Shown here piece by piece: positions 1-13,065 of a stretch of 64,000 nt of DNA (positions within the stretch are counted from its first letter, which is position 1; every line of letters starts with the position of its first letter). The position numbers and the translations under genes are program-made. The notes under the pieces were generated by a model. That model was given only the letters and a program-made list of their open reading frames with translations, was not told the origin of the DNA and did not search any database. The stretch is from the NCBI GenBank assembly GCA_951406725.2, contig OX597818.1:59396001-59460000 (forward strand). Direction: 5' to 3'. The DNA is from Octopus vulgaris (lineage: Eukaryota).

Positions 1-185
1 GCGATGGTACACACACACACATACACACACATGTATATATATATACACGACAGACATCTACCAAATCTACTCACAAAGCTTTGGTCAGCCCACGGGTAAA
101 ACAGAAGACATTTGCTTAAGGTGCCACGCAGTCGGACTGAACTCTGCACCATATGGTTTGGAAGCAAGCTTTTTACCCCAAAACC
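1..185 (-). mobile_element. tRNA-derived SINE family B (CORE-like), degenerate, cut by window edge
   Basis: Matches reverse complement of copies at 19439 and 30113 (ctcacaaagctttggtcagccc, gtgccacgcagtcggactgaac). Confidence 0.75.
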
Positions 186-534
186 ACGCAGTATATTCCA
201 AAGTTACATATCCTAGAATGCCGCATATATAAAATATGTACGTCTTTGACAAATATTTTCTTTGCACCATATTAAATGTGGTAACATCTTTAATCTCTTA
301 ATCTCTATTAGATTATAAATCGGGCGCTAGTTAAATTTGCAGTTACCACAGTGGAATCTAAGGTTATCTCCTAATAATATTACCATTGATTTAATTGGTC
401 CCAGTCGACGTGTTTATCACCTGTATTTTCACATTTGCAGGTAACGTTCTGCTCCTTGGTTCATCGGAAGGCGATCTCCATCTTACACTGAATAAGTTAG
501 CTACCAACGCTGCAAGGAGGCTACGAGGATAAGT

Positions 535-920
535 GGAGGCGCAATGGCTCAGTGGTTAGGGCAGCGGACTCGCGGTCGTAGGATCGCGGTTTCAATTCCA
601 AGACCGGGCATTGTGAGTGTTTATTGAGCGAAAACACCTAAAAGCTCCACGAGTCCCCGGCAGGGGATGGTGGTGATCCGTGCTGTACTCTTTCACCACA
701 ACTTTCTCTCACTTTTACTTCCTGTTTCTGCTGTACCTGTATTTCAAAGGGCCGACCTTGTCACTCTCTGTGTCACGCTGAATATCCCCGAGAACTACGT
801 TAAGGGTACACGTGTCTGTGGAGTGCTCAGCCACTTGCACGTTAATTCCACGAGCAAGCTGTTCCGTTGATCGTATCAGCTGGGACCCTCATCGTCGTAA
901 CCGACGGAGTGCTCCTACTA
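535..920 (+). mobile_element. tRNA-derived SINE family A, full length
   Basis: tRNA-like head ggaggcgcaatggctcagtggttagggcagcgg...ggtttcaattcc (A and B boxes); TSD ctacgaggataa at 521-532 and 921-932; near-identical copies at 8605, 9658, 41119. Confidence 0.93.
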
Positions 921-1464
921 CTACGAGGATAATCGTTACGAAGCGTGAGACGTTGGTCGTCTGGAAAGTGTTCTTCCCAGTGCACTCTGCAAGTTGTGGA
1001 ACATCAGTGAGGAAGCGGAACAATATTTCAGTGCCGTATTCATGAGTGATGAGACGCAGGAAACTGAATTTTCTGCTACAATTACAGGTGTGCGCACAAT
1101 AATGCGTCAGCTTAAGCATTCGATCCGCAGAAGGGGTTGGTAAGAAGGGGTAAATCTGCTATCTTTAATTCGGTTTTCGCAACAGTTTTCACTTTCGGTC
1201 ATGAATGTTGGGTAATAAGACAAATATTATGATCGTGAGTAGAAGCAGACGAAACGCAGTTCCTTCTAAGGGTCAGTCTAGGAACATTATTCGACAGGGT
1301 GCGTATCTCAAATATCAGGGAATTCCTCTAGAACGAACCGCTGTTTCTCCGCATTGAGAATTCTCAGCTCCGGTTCTTCGGACACTCGTTTAGAACGTCT
1401 CAGGCAAGGATCTTAGGGTGGGCAGCTTGTAGACAAAGAAAGAAACCAGGTTCGAAATTTCCCG

Positions 1465-1512
1465 AAGACACCTGTTGAAAGCTGGAGGGTATATCAGCCG
1501 AAGCGTTGTCTT
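1465..1512 (+). ncRNA. Degenerate minimal hammerhead-like motif in a Penelope-type terminal repeat
   Basis: aagaca/tgtctt stem I; CTGTTGA (for CTGANGA); gctg/cagc stem II; GAAG (for GAAA) then cg-tt. Two core substitutions. Confidence 0.5.
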
Positions 1513-2849
1513 AACAACAAGCAAGATGAGGACAAATATCCATCAATTGTAAATAAATTAAATAAGAGACAAGAAAGAAATGTTTGAAAATATTTATAGC
1601 CTCAGTTGGCTGCACTTGAACATCCATTAGGAAGGTGTCACGACGGTTTCTTTTCATAGGAGTCTATGCAGGAGATATCAGAGGACTCTCTTTTCACTAA
1701 CTACCCAGAAACTTTTCACGGAAAAAGATGGTTGGATGAGGCAATATTCTACCCCGAATATTTGGGATACATTTATTTTTAACCCGTGAGAAACTATAGT
1801 AGCGTTAATAGACTAATGTAGACTCGTCTGCTAAAATATTAATCTTAACAACAAAATTCACTGGACTGATAGGTAAGTTTATTGGGTCCTCTGGAATCTA
1901 TATAATATTATTATTTCGGATTTGCGGTGCAATGAAATATTAATATTCTTATAATATGAAATTACTCGCTGGATGCGTATCCATATCCTCTGTTTTTTTT
2001 AATTAAAATATTCGGTTATTTAGATTGTAACATCGTGACTATGAAATAACGTTCTATATTTTAAAACTTTGAATCGGTAACACACATGTACATACATGCC
2101 TATCCACACACACCTATGCATTCACGCATGCACACACGTACACACACCTGCATACATATGTGAATATGTATATATGTGAGTGCATTTGTGTGTGAGAGTG
2201 CCAATCAACATTTCCACCGCCATATATAAATAAATATGCATATAATTAAAATGTGTTTTGAGCATCGTAGTATAAAATACTGTATAAACCCAACTAACAG
2301 TAAAAAATATTTAAATATTTCAACACAGATATACTCAACACGACATTAACATATTCCTATATCTCTATTTTTTTCTATTTCACATTCTTGTTATGAATAT
2401 CCGATCAACTTTATCAGACACAGGCTCTCTGTAGTTTTATTGTAATATTCTTTTGTTAATAATTTTTTGATGTTTTATTAATTTTTTCCCCTGAAAAGAA
2501 TGGTAATACCTAATTAAATTAATTTAATTAAATTATTATTTTAATTATTATAATAATTAGTTTAGTATTTTCCATGTTATCTTACATGTCAGTACTGTCA
2601 TTCGAATCGATCCTATGGATTAAAAATTTCTAGAAACTTTTACCATCTCTTCTACATTTTTTAAAACTGTTAGTTGGATTTATAGTTAGTTGGATTTTAT
2701 ACGCATCACACAGTTTCAATTCTCATAATTTCATATTTTAAATTACTTGAAATAGCAGGTTACTACTTTGATATGAGGAATCTTTCTTAGAAATCTGACT
2801 TTTGGGATTCCCTCAAAAAGTTCTACATTTTCTACTTGAACTAACTTTT

Positions 2850-2914
<65 letters not shown>

Positions 2915-3087
2915 AATGTGTGTGTGTGTGTGTATGTTTGTGTATTCATATATATATATATATATATATAGTAAAAGCAATTAAGATTCAAGTGAGTTCT
3001 GTTGAATTCACATGAATGAGGTACTTAACTTAGATGCACCAGAAATCTATATGGTATTAACCATAAGATAATGCGGGGTGATTATAA

Positions 3088-3157
3088 ACAAGAAGAAAGC
3101 AACAAAAATGGATCAATCGTACCGAAATATTGATCCATTTTTGTTGCTTTTTCTTGT
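3088..3157. repeat. Short fold-back at the end of a repeat family also seen at 29420-29570
   Basis: aaagcaacaaaaatggatcaat / attgatccatttttgttgcttt; flank 2985-3087 resembles the reverse complement of 29470-29570. Confidence 0.75.
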
Positions 3158-3163
3158 ATATAT

Positions 3164-3477
3164 ATTGGTGTAAAGCAAGAAGAAGAAAATAGAGAAGAGA
3201 TGCATGTAGTTAATTTATTTGTATGTAACAAAAAGATGACAGTTTCTTAAAAGAAAAGCATAACAGTACAAATAAATTGAATTGCTGGTTGAAAGCTCAA
3301 AAGAAAAAATTAAAATAAAATTAAAAACGTACTAATATGTTTCAGTCCTATCATCTATTTAATGGGAATTTCGAAGTATTTGGTTTAATACTAAGAATGT
3401 TGCATATCCTAAATATCCTAAATGCCTTGTGAGTGGATTTGGTAGACGGAAACTGAAAGAAGCCTGTCGTATATATG

Positions 3478-3514
<37 letters not shown>

Positions 3515-3998
3515 ACGTGTTTGTGCGTCTGTGTTTGTCCACCTAGCATTGCTTGACAACCGATGCTGCTGTGTTTAAGTCCCCCTCACTTAGCGGTTCG
3601 GCGAAAGACCGATAGAATAAGTACTGGGCTTACAAAAAATAAGACTGGGGGTCGATTTGCTCGATTAAGGCGGTGCTCCAGCATGGCCCCAGTCAAATGC
3701 CTGAAACAAGTAAAAGAGTAAAGAGTATATGGTGGTAGGACTCCTTCAGGGTTAATACAGACCCCATGAAAGTTAGATAAACATTTCATTCTTTTGAAGG
3801 GATAATACAGTAAAAGTTAAAGTCTATATACATTTACTTTATTTGTAATTCAATTCTGTAAAGTCTGTAAACCAGTAATTCAATTTATTTGTACTGTTAT
3901 GTTTAAAAAATAACTGTCATCTTTTTGTAACATACAAATGAAATATTTTATTACATTCATTTCTTCTCCATATTTGTCTTTTGTTTTTACGCCATTAT
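3164..3998. mobile_element. MITE-like element with ~125-bp imperfect terminal inverted repeats, interrupted by a SINE
   Basis: 3164-3290 (tttgtatgtaacaaaaagatgacag...cataacagtacaaataaattgaattgctggtt) is the inverse of 3871-3998. Confidence 0.65.
3423..3725 (+). mobile_element. SINE family B, 5'-truncated, with internal (TA)n(TG)n
   Basis: gccttgtgagtggatttggtagacggaaactgaaagaagcc...ggcggtgctccagcatggcc...gaaacaagtaaaagag, as in the 19439 copy. Confidence 0.88.
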
Positions 3999-4119
3999 TG
4001 ATAATTTTAATTATCGCGAATATATAACAATGACTTTCGCATTATATGATAGGGATTAAACCAATAGAATACATTGGATTATCTATAATACCGCAATGAC
4101 TTGCTGCTTCAACGTAAAC

Positions 4120-4935
<816 letters not shown>

Positions 4936-5970
4936 ATATATATGTGGGGAGGGTGCATACTGTTTTATTTTAATTTAGATTTTCCTTCAATGATTGAAAA
5001 AGATAAAAGGATTGTAGGATATGATATGTACTTTAATGTATAATGTTGATTTAAACTAAATTTCTTCACACAAAATTAGCTCTGCGTCAGCACCACAGTC
5101 ACGAGATAAGTACTGCCAGCAGCATCAATTCAGTACAGATGTCCTTTTGTATTCGTCAGTGTAAAGCTGTTTGTGTGTGTGTGTGCGTGCGTGTATGTGA
5201 GTCTTTGGATTGTATTGGTTCGTTGCATTTATCATGAGCATTATCTGTGTCTGATTGCTGTAGAGCGATTAGTTTCGCCATTTATGCTAGTCATTTAATA
5301 AAGTACAAGGCCCTTTATTTACGGTTCACTGGTGCTATTCTTCATGTCGTTTAAATCTCTTATTTTATGAAGATGACGTTTATTGAATGGTACAAGAAGC
5401 TTTTTTATGGTAGACTGGTCATCTCTGTATATTGTGTGATTTGCGTGATTTTTGCGGTTAAATGATTCTGTTTTTTTTTTCTTTATTTTTACTGGATAGA
5501 ATTATGTTGGGTTTTCGTCATAGGATGTCCTTATACCATTTCCTGCTCTGAAAACGTGTCATTGTAGGTTTGTCTGAAGAGAAGTAGTTTCGTCTGTATT
5601 GTCGTCTGTGGTTCGATTCTTGTAAATATTAACGTGTTTATTGTCAGGTAAGGGTTTACTAGCTCGCTGGTGATAGACGGTTGATTTTGCCAACTCGCAG
5701 AGATGACCCAGCCTCAAATGAATTCCATCACAGACAGAAGAGGAATAATCCAGCTATGTAAACATGTCCCTCAAGGAGAACGTCTTGTATTTTCAGCCAC
5801 TCAAACGACGTGGAAACCGAGTCATGCTCCGGTTTATTGAGAATGATTCCTGACAGTTTTTAACATATGACATATATGCGTTCGGGCCTAGTTTCTTCCA
5901 GAGAAAGGAATACGAGAATATAAAATGAGAGAGAATAAAAGAAAATCGTGGATTTAGCAGTGAAGATTGG

Positions 5971-6393
<423 letters not shown>

Positions 6394-7399
6394 AGGAAAG
6401 TAAGTCAAGGTAGAAAATGCTAAGATAATTTTATCACAAAAACCATTTTAGCACCGGTTTCAGTCATTGAGACTTTTTTAACTCTAAGTATAGAAAGTAA
6501 TTACATTTTGGAAATCTTTAATGAAAAAAAAAATTATTTGCATATTTTTCCTTGTTTCTGCGTATATATATGTGTGTGTGTGCATATGGATACAAAATTT
6601 TTCTCGTCTCCCATAGAAAGTTAAAAATTTATAGACCTCACTATATATGTTGCTAATAACCGCACAATTTTGACCATACTCTCGTTTCTCCATAAGAAAT
6701 TTCGCGCTGGTTTTAATATAGCTATTTTAATTGATAGTTGTTAGAATATATTTCTACACATCATTTCATCTTAATTCACAGATGATACTTTTCATTTTGA
6801 TGTATGATAGCTTCCTTATCACCATCTATCTGACTTGAATAAAGTGCTATTTTCACCACTTGTACATCCGAGATATAATTCTGTTTTATTTAAAGCAATA
6901 CATCCCTGGAGGTAATAATTCACAGCTTTTCTCCTATTGTCCATTAAATAACCCTTCTACAAAAAGAAAGAAAAAAGAATTTACGAATATGATTTATTTA
7001 GAATCTTCAAAAATATAATTTTAAAACAGAATATATAATACAAAAAAAAAAATTGATAATATAGTGTTAACATCTGTAATCTAGGGAACGTTGAAAGACT
7101 AATTAAAATAATTACGTGTGTAAATTTATATTAATCAATGACTAATATTATTTGAATTTTGACTTCTCCAGATGAATATAGAATACGCCTTAGTTGCCAA
7201 AGTAGTGATTTAAAATAACACTAAGAAAATTTTCAGTATTATACACAAGTGGGCGTTGAAATATGAAATCACTTAGAAAATAAATAACGAGATTCGCTGC
7301 CCACCTGAACCTACAGCTTAATTCGATATTGATATATGTAATTCCGATTCATGTCACGGATGCGGAATTTTAGCAAATTAAAAAAGTATAAAATATTCT

Positions 7400-7760
7400 C
7401 TTCTAATTGTTCCAGTAATTTGACTGCCGCCATGCTCGAGCACCGCCTTTATTTGACCAAATCGACCCCAGGAATTATTCTTTGTAAGCCTAGTACTTAC
7501 GCTAAGACGTAAACACACTAGCATCGGTTGTCAAGCGATGTTGGCGGGACAAACACAGACACACAAACACTCACACACACATATATATGCATATACGACG
7601 GGCTTCTTTCAGTTTTCGTCCCCCAAATCGACTCACAAGGCTTTGGTCGGCCCGAGGCTATAGTAGAAGACGCTTGCTTAAGATGCAACGCAGTGGGTCT
7701 GAACCCGGAAGTATGTGGCTGGTAAGCTAGCTACTTACCATACAGCCACTCCTTCGCCTG
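7400..7760 (-). mobile_element. SINE family B
   Basis: Ends cagccactccttcgcc (reverse of head ggcgcaggagtggctg); internal CA/TA tract; gacgggcttctttcagt. Confidence 0.85.
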
Positions 7761-8089
7761 TTGTTATATGTTATATGTTATATTTATTTTCGTTTATTTC
7801 CTGATTTATTTTTGTTTTCGTTTTTAAGCGTCAGAAAATTTCGTCGACCTTCTGCATCCTGGTAAGACGCATCCCTACGAATCTTGCAAAACAAATGCAG
7901 TTTTGATATTCATCTCTATTTCCCATGGCAATAGATAATGGTAAATGGAAAGTTTTCCAATATTTACCACTCTAATTATAATAACTTATTTAAAATTTTA
8001 GTTTTCAATTCATAACTTACATCAAGATTTTTATGTAACCGTGATGACAGATCTTACTATATTAATCTTCATTTATTTATTTATTTTTT

Positions 8090-8312
8090 TATTTCCCACA
8101 AAGGGTTAAACATAGAGGGGTCAAACAAGGACAGACAAACGGATTAAGTCGATTACATCGACCCCAGTGACTAACTGGTACATATTTAATCGACCCCGAA
8201 AGGATGAAAGGCAAAGTCGACCTCGGTGGAATTTGAACTCAGAACGCAACGGCGGACGAAATACCACAAAGTATTTCGCTCGGCATTCTAACGTTTCTGC
8301 CAGCTCGGCGCC
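8090..8312 (-). mobile_element. SINE family C (Nin-domain type), monomer
   Basis: atcgaccccgaaaggatgaaaggcaaagtcgacctcgg is the reverse of the Nin-like core gcctttcatcctttcggggtcgat; B box gagttcaaattcc. Confidence 0.85.
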
Positions 8313-8604
8313 TTTTCTTGCTATCTTAATCTTACGATCATATATCTGACGATTGCAAGATTTTTACGGGGTGAGAGCGGGTGTCTTGTTTTTTGTGAAT
8401 GTGATGTGTGTGCGTCTTTGTGTGTGTGTGTCTGCGTGTTTTTACGCCTGCGTATCTCTTAGTAAGTGTAGACCCCGTCCCTTTAAACTTAATGCAACCT
8501 AATATCTCTTTAAAACGTCTTACCCTCTCTATATATTTTAATATTATCTTATAGTTTATATTTTTCTGTTTACAGTTATTCTGTTATGGCTATTTAATAA
8601 TTTT

Positions 8605-8992
8605 GGAGGCGGAATGGCCCAGTGGTTAGGGCAGCGGACTCGCGATCATAGGATCGCGGTTTCGATTCCCAGACCGGGCGTTGTGAGTGTTTATTGAGCG
8701 AAAACACCTAAAAGCTCCACGAGGCTCCGGCAGAGGATGGTGGTGATCCCTGCTGTACTCTTTCACCACAACTTTCTCTCACTCTTACTTCCTGTTTCTG
8801 TTGTACCTGTATTTCAAAGGGCCGGCCTTGTCACTCTCTGTGTCACGCTGAATATCCCCGAGAACTACGTTAAGGGTACACGTGTCTGTGGAGTGTTCAG
8901 CCACTTACACGTTAATTTCACGAGCAGGCTGTTCCGTTGATTCGGATCAACTGGAACCCTCGTCGTCGTATCGATGGAGTGCTTCCATCCCA
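8605..8992 (+). mobile_element. SINE family A, full length
   Basis: Same head and body as the 535 copy; ccatcc tail; flanked by a ~39-bp imperfect direct repeat. Confidence 0.93.
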
Positions 8993-9167
8993 TTTTTGTG
9001 TTTACGGTTATTTTGTTATGGCTATTTAATATTTAAGGAGAACTGTGGCGAGCTCCATTCACTGGTTATAACGAAGACACAGCGGCTGAACAACAACATA
9101 CCTGCGAGAACTCAATATATTTAACGGGGCACCACTTTATATATGCATGTATCTGATGAGACTCAGA

Positions 9168-9230
9168 CTGCCCCGATGATGCATGACTATTGGATGCGCA
9201 ACACCCAACACCCAACCCGTAAAGTCGCAG
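9168..9230 (+). ncRNA. Degenerate hammerhead-like motif
   Basis: ctgc/gcag stem I; CCGATGA; gcat/atgc stem II; GCAA (for GAAA); GTC immediately before the stem I partner. Confidence 0.4.
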
Positions 9231-9657
9231 GAGGGGTCGGAGCGATCGTCGTACTGAACTCAGACTAGTACCAAATCTATCTTCCGCTTCCTTCGTCAAT
9301 TAATGTGTGTGTGTGTTTATGGTGAGCTATCAAAGTGTTCCTGTCAACCAAACTTACTCGTTGTCCCCGGACTATAAGAATACATTTTCATTACAAGGCG
9401 AGCTTTTTAAGAACACCGTAATGCCTACTCCTATAAATTAGCATTCATTTGGTATACATCTAAATATTTCTATTTCCTCCATATTGACCTTATTCCTTTT
9501 AAAGGTGACACATAAAAAGAAAATATCTAATTAAGCCAACATACTTTAATAAATACATTTCAGCTTACGATCTCATTAACGTAAATATTTTCCTTCTGCT
9601 AAACACGTTATTTCAACACTGATTCGTGGTAGATTTCTTATGAGTACGTAGTAAAAT

Positions 9658-10043
9658 GGATGGAAGCACTCCGTCGGTTACGACGACGAGGGTTCCGGTT
9701 GATCCGAATCAACGGAACAGCCTGCTCGTGAAATTAACGTGTAAGTGGCTGAGCACTCCACAGACACGTGTACCCTTAACGTAGTTCTCGGGGATATTCA
9801 GCGTGACACAGAGAGTGACAAGGCCGGCCCTTTGAAATACAGGTACAACAGAAACAGGAAGTAAGAGTGAGAGAAAGTTGTGGTGAAAGAGTACAGCAGG
9901 GATCACCACCATCCCCTGCCGGAGCCTTGTGGAACTTTAGGTGTTTTCGCTCAATACACACTCACAACGCCCGGTCTGGGAATCGAAACCGCGATCCTAT
10001 GACCGCGAATCTGCTGCCCTAACCACTGGGCCATTCCGCCTCC
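9658..10043 (-). mobile_element. SINE family A, full length
   Basis: Reverse complement of the 8605 copy; TSD acgtagtaaaat at 9646-9657 and 10045-10056. Confidence 0.94.
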
Positions 10044-10473
10044 CACGTAGTAAAATACACGTACAGTGTTAGTAATTCATTTATCTTATATAGAATTCCG
10101 CATAATACTAGTGACTTTGTTCAGTGTTGACCAATTTTTGCGGTAAACTTGGCACCAAATGTCAGTTTATGTAAGTTTGTGTCTACATTTATTTTTGTTT
10201 GTCCCACGGTACCGCTTGAGAAACGTTTCTGGTTTGTTTACGTCTCTATAACTTAGCGTTTCGTCACAAGATCCGATGGAGTAAGTACCAAACTCAACGA
10301 TAAGTATCAGCGTGTAGGACAACGCTGTTCAGCATGGCAGCTGTCTTATGGACGGAACAAATAATAGGTAACAGAAGCAACTATAACACAGTCGTTATTT
10401 TCATAAGACTCACATGTATAAACAAGGTCAAAATGCTTACACACGCATGTATGTAGGCGTTTCTGATTATATA

Positions 10474-11992
10474 TAGTGCTCCATCGCTTTTAGCGGTAGA
10501 TTGGATCCGAGACCGGCCGCGATAACTGAATTTCCGCGAAGTAGGGACACGAAATTTACAGTATTTATTTAACGTGTATTTGTACTTTTAAAACTTTTCC
10601 CTGTACTGTTAACAACCCACCTATTACAGTAGTCTATTAATAAGAAGGAAAACTGTTAAGCAATAACATTTTAGATTTAAAAAAAATAAAGATTGTTACT
10701 GATACACAGGCCAGATTACAAAATAGAAAGCTGTGATTCGTCGTCTCTCTCCCCATTGCACCAATCACAGCCCGTCTTAAGTTCAAATACCCCTACATAT
10801 ACTTTTTTGCTATTTTACGCTCGTTTTGTTGTTCTTAGTCTAGGAAATAATATTTATTAATATTTTAATGGATTTAATGAAATATTTTTGGTGCTCATAT
10901 ATAAATATATATACGAGTGGGTATATATTTATAAAAAAGAAGTTTGAAAACGCCACTATATAAGATAAATTTTAATTTTCTTAGAAATTTTACATGTTTC
11001 GGTTCTTCTTGAAAAAACGAACCTTATCAAAAATATATTTTAAAAAGTTAAGTGTAATACAAAAAGTTCATAATTGTTTCGTACTGGTCGTAGTTGTAGT
11101 AACCGTGGTGGTGGTGGTGGTGGTTGGGTTTGCAGCAGCCCACTGGTTGTAGCAGCAGCAGCAGCAGTGGGGGGGGGCTGTTGATCGTAGTAGTAATAGG
11201 TGGTTGTGGTTGTAGTAGTAGTAATAGTAGTGACCACGGTGGTTGTAGAAGCAGTGGTAGTGGAAGCAACAGTCGTAGTGATCGTGTTGGTTGTGGTAGA
11301 ATTCCATTTTTCTTTTCGGAAGACCAATGTATTGTTTTAACGTTCCTGGCCCAGGGTGTTCAAACTTGGTTCAAAATTCGGACCAAGTTTGAACACCCTG
11401 GGCCAGGAACATTCAAACAATACATTGGTCTTCCGAAAAGAAAAATGGAATTCTACCACAACCACCACGATCACTACGACTGTTGCTTCTATTACTACAA
11501 CTACAACCACCGTGGTCACTACTATTACTACTACTACAACCACAACCACCTATTACTACTACGATCAACAGCCCCCCCCCCCACTGCTGCTGCTGCTACT
11601 GCCACAGCTAAGCTGCTGCAACCAATGGGCTGCTGCAAATCCAACCACCACCACCACCACCACAGTTACTAAAACTACGACCAACAGTCACTGCTGCTAC
11701 TGCTATTTCAGCCACTGACCATTCGGACACATAAGACAGCTAAAAACAACCACGTGGATTCTGTTAAGACCAGTAAGAAACAATTATGAACTTTTTTTAT
11801 TACACTTAACTTTTTAAAATATTTTTGATAAGGTTTTTTTTTCAAGAAGAACCGAAACATGTAAAATTTCTAAGAAAATTAAAATTTATCTTATATAGTG
11901 GCGTTTTCAAACATCTTTTATATATATATATTTAAAATTCGCGAAGTCGTGAATCCGCGATAGTTGAACCGCGAAGTAGCGAGGATCACTGT
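10474..11992. mobile_element. Non-autonomous pogo/Tigger-like (Tc1/mariner superfamily) element with a large internal fold-back
   Basis: Left end ta-tagtgctccatcgcttttagcgg versus reverse of right end ta-cagtgatcctcgctacttcgcgg; TA flanks; subterminal ccgcga motifs at both ends. Confidence 0.6.
10925..11930. repeat. ~1-kb imperfect palindrome centred near 11376
   Basis: ccagggtgttcaaacttggt...accaagtttgaacaccctgg at the centre; arms pair out to tttgaaaacgccactatataagataaa / tttatcttatatagtggcgttttcaaa; right arm has ~85 extra bp (11683-11767). Confidence 0.93.
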
Positions 11993-12006
11993 AGTTCTAT
12001 CTATAA

Positions 12007-12118
12007 AGGCGGCGAGTTGGCAGAATCGTTAGCACGCTGGAGGAAATACTGAGCAGTATTTCGCCCGTCGCTACGTTCTGAGTTCAAATTCCGCCGAGGT
12101 TTAATTTGCATTTATCAT
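12007..12118 (+). mobile_element. SINE family C, 5' fragment
   Basis: aggcggcgagttggcagaatcgttagcacg...gagttcaaattccgccgagg. Confidence 0.8.
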
Positions 12119-13065
12119 GTGGACGGCTTTTCAGTATCCGAGTTCGTAAAAACTTTATTCTGCGATACATAAAGAAATACTAACCACACGCATGATAATT
12201 CTATTCATTTTTATAATGTGAACTGCGTTGACCGTACACTGACCGGAACATATGCAATTTCCTAGCATTCTCTGTAATTTATAATTCATTTCCTGCAGTT
12301 CACATCTTGTAATTCCTATTGTAGTGTTTCGCTGTTCAATTTATTCGGAGCTCCTGTTTCTTCTGAAAGAGTACAGGTACAAATATACAGACCATTCTGT
12401 CCTTCTCTCTAGAGTTGTTAAATTATCTTATTGATTTAATTGTTTTTACTAAAATATGTTTCATATCCAATTCTATTGCATTGCTTTGAACTGATACGTA
12501 TAGCATACACAGAAATTCTGTATCGCTGACACATAGTTATTATTCATAATTGCATTTGTAATGTCAGTCTGTCTCGTATATATAGATATTGATACATCGC
12601 TGGAACCATAAAACAGATCTGTGTGTAAATGGATACCGTATAGCATTATAAGTGAAAATGTTAGACATTTGTGATTTGAGAATTGGGCTGATATGATATG
12701 TGATTCAAACAAGAGGCAATATGAATGTAATAAATATGGAAATGCATAAATTGCAGATATAAATTGCGAAGAAATACTAAATTACCTATCATAAATCGTG
12801 GGAGATGTATGCTTATTAGAGTTGTTTTGAATGTTTAAATGTGACAGGTTTCTCATAAAGAAACTTGTAAACTTACGAGCTGGAAGTGTTCTAGTAGTAT
12901 CTTCAGATATGCATGTAACTTATCTTTCCCTCGTGTTTTAAAGCTAAATTGCTTGAATGTTATGTTATAGTTTGTACAGTCTCTGCAATATAAAAACATT
13001 AACATTTGAAGTTTTTGTCAAGTGAAATAGATGTTTTCGTTCTTAATAGTTCAATTATAAAAATA

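Noticed and set aside
535-610. tRNA-like sequences (also 8605, 10043, 19439, 30113, 41119, 55222)
   Set aside because: They are SINE heads: each continues into a shared body and tail, several with TSDs.
667-870. Repeated 67-aa ORF MVVIPAVLFHH (four copies)
   Set aside because: Lies wholly within SINE family A; recurrence reflects repeat identity, not coding constraint.
889-1119. Possible Penelope ORF N-terminus (LITHEYGTEILFRF)
   Set aside because: Resemblance too weak to call without a profile search.
9153-9167. Isolated CTGATGAG
   Set aside because: No matching stem II plus GAAA; the adjacent motif at 9168 fits the hammerhead topology better.
11040-11718. Mucin-like Thr-rich mirrored ORFs
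   Set aside because: Produced by triplet-rich arms of the palindrome; no splice or coding support.
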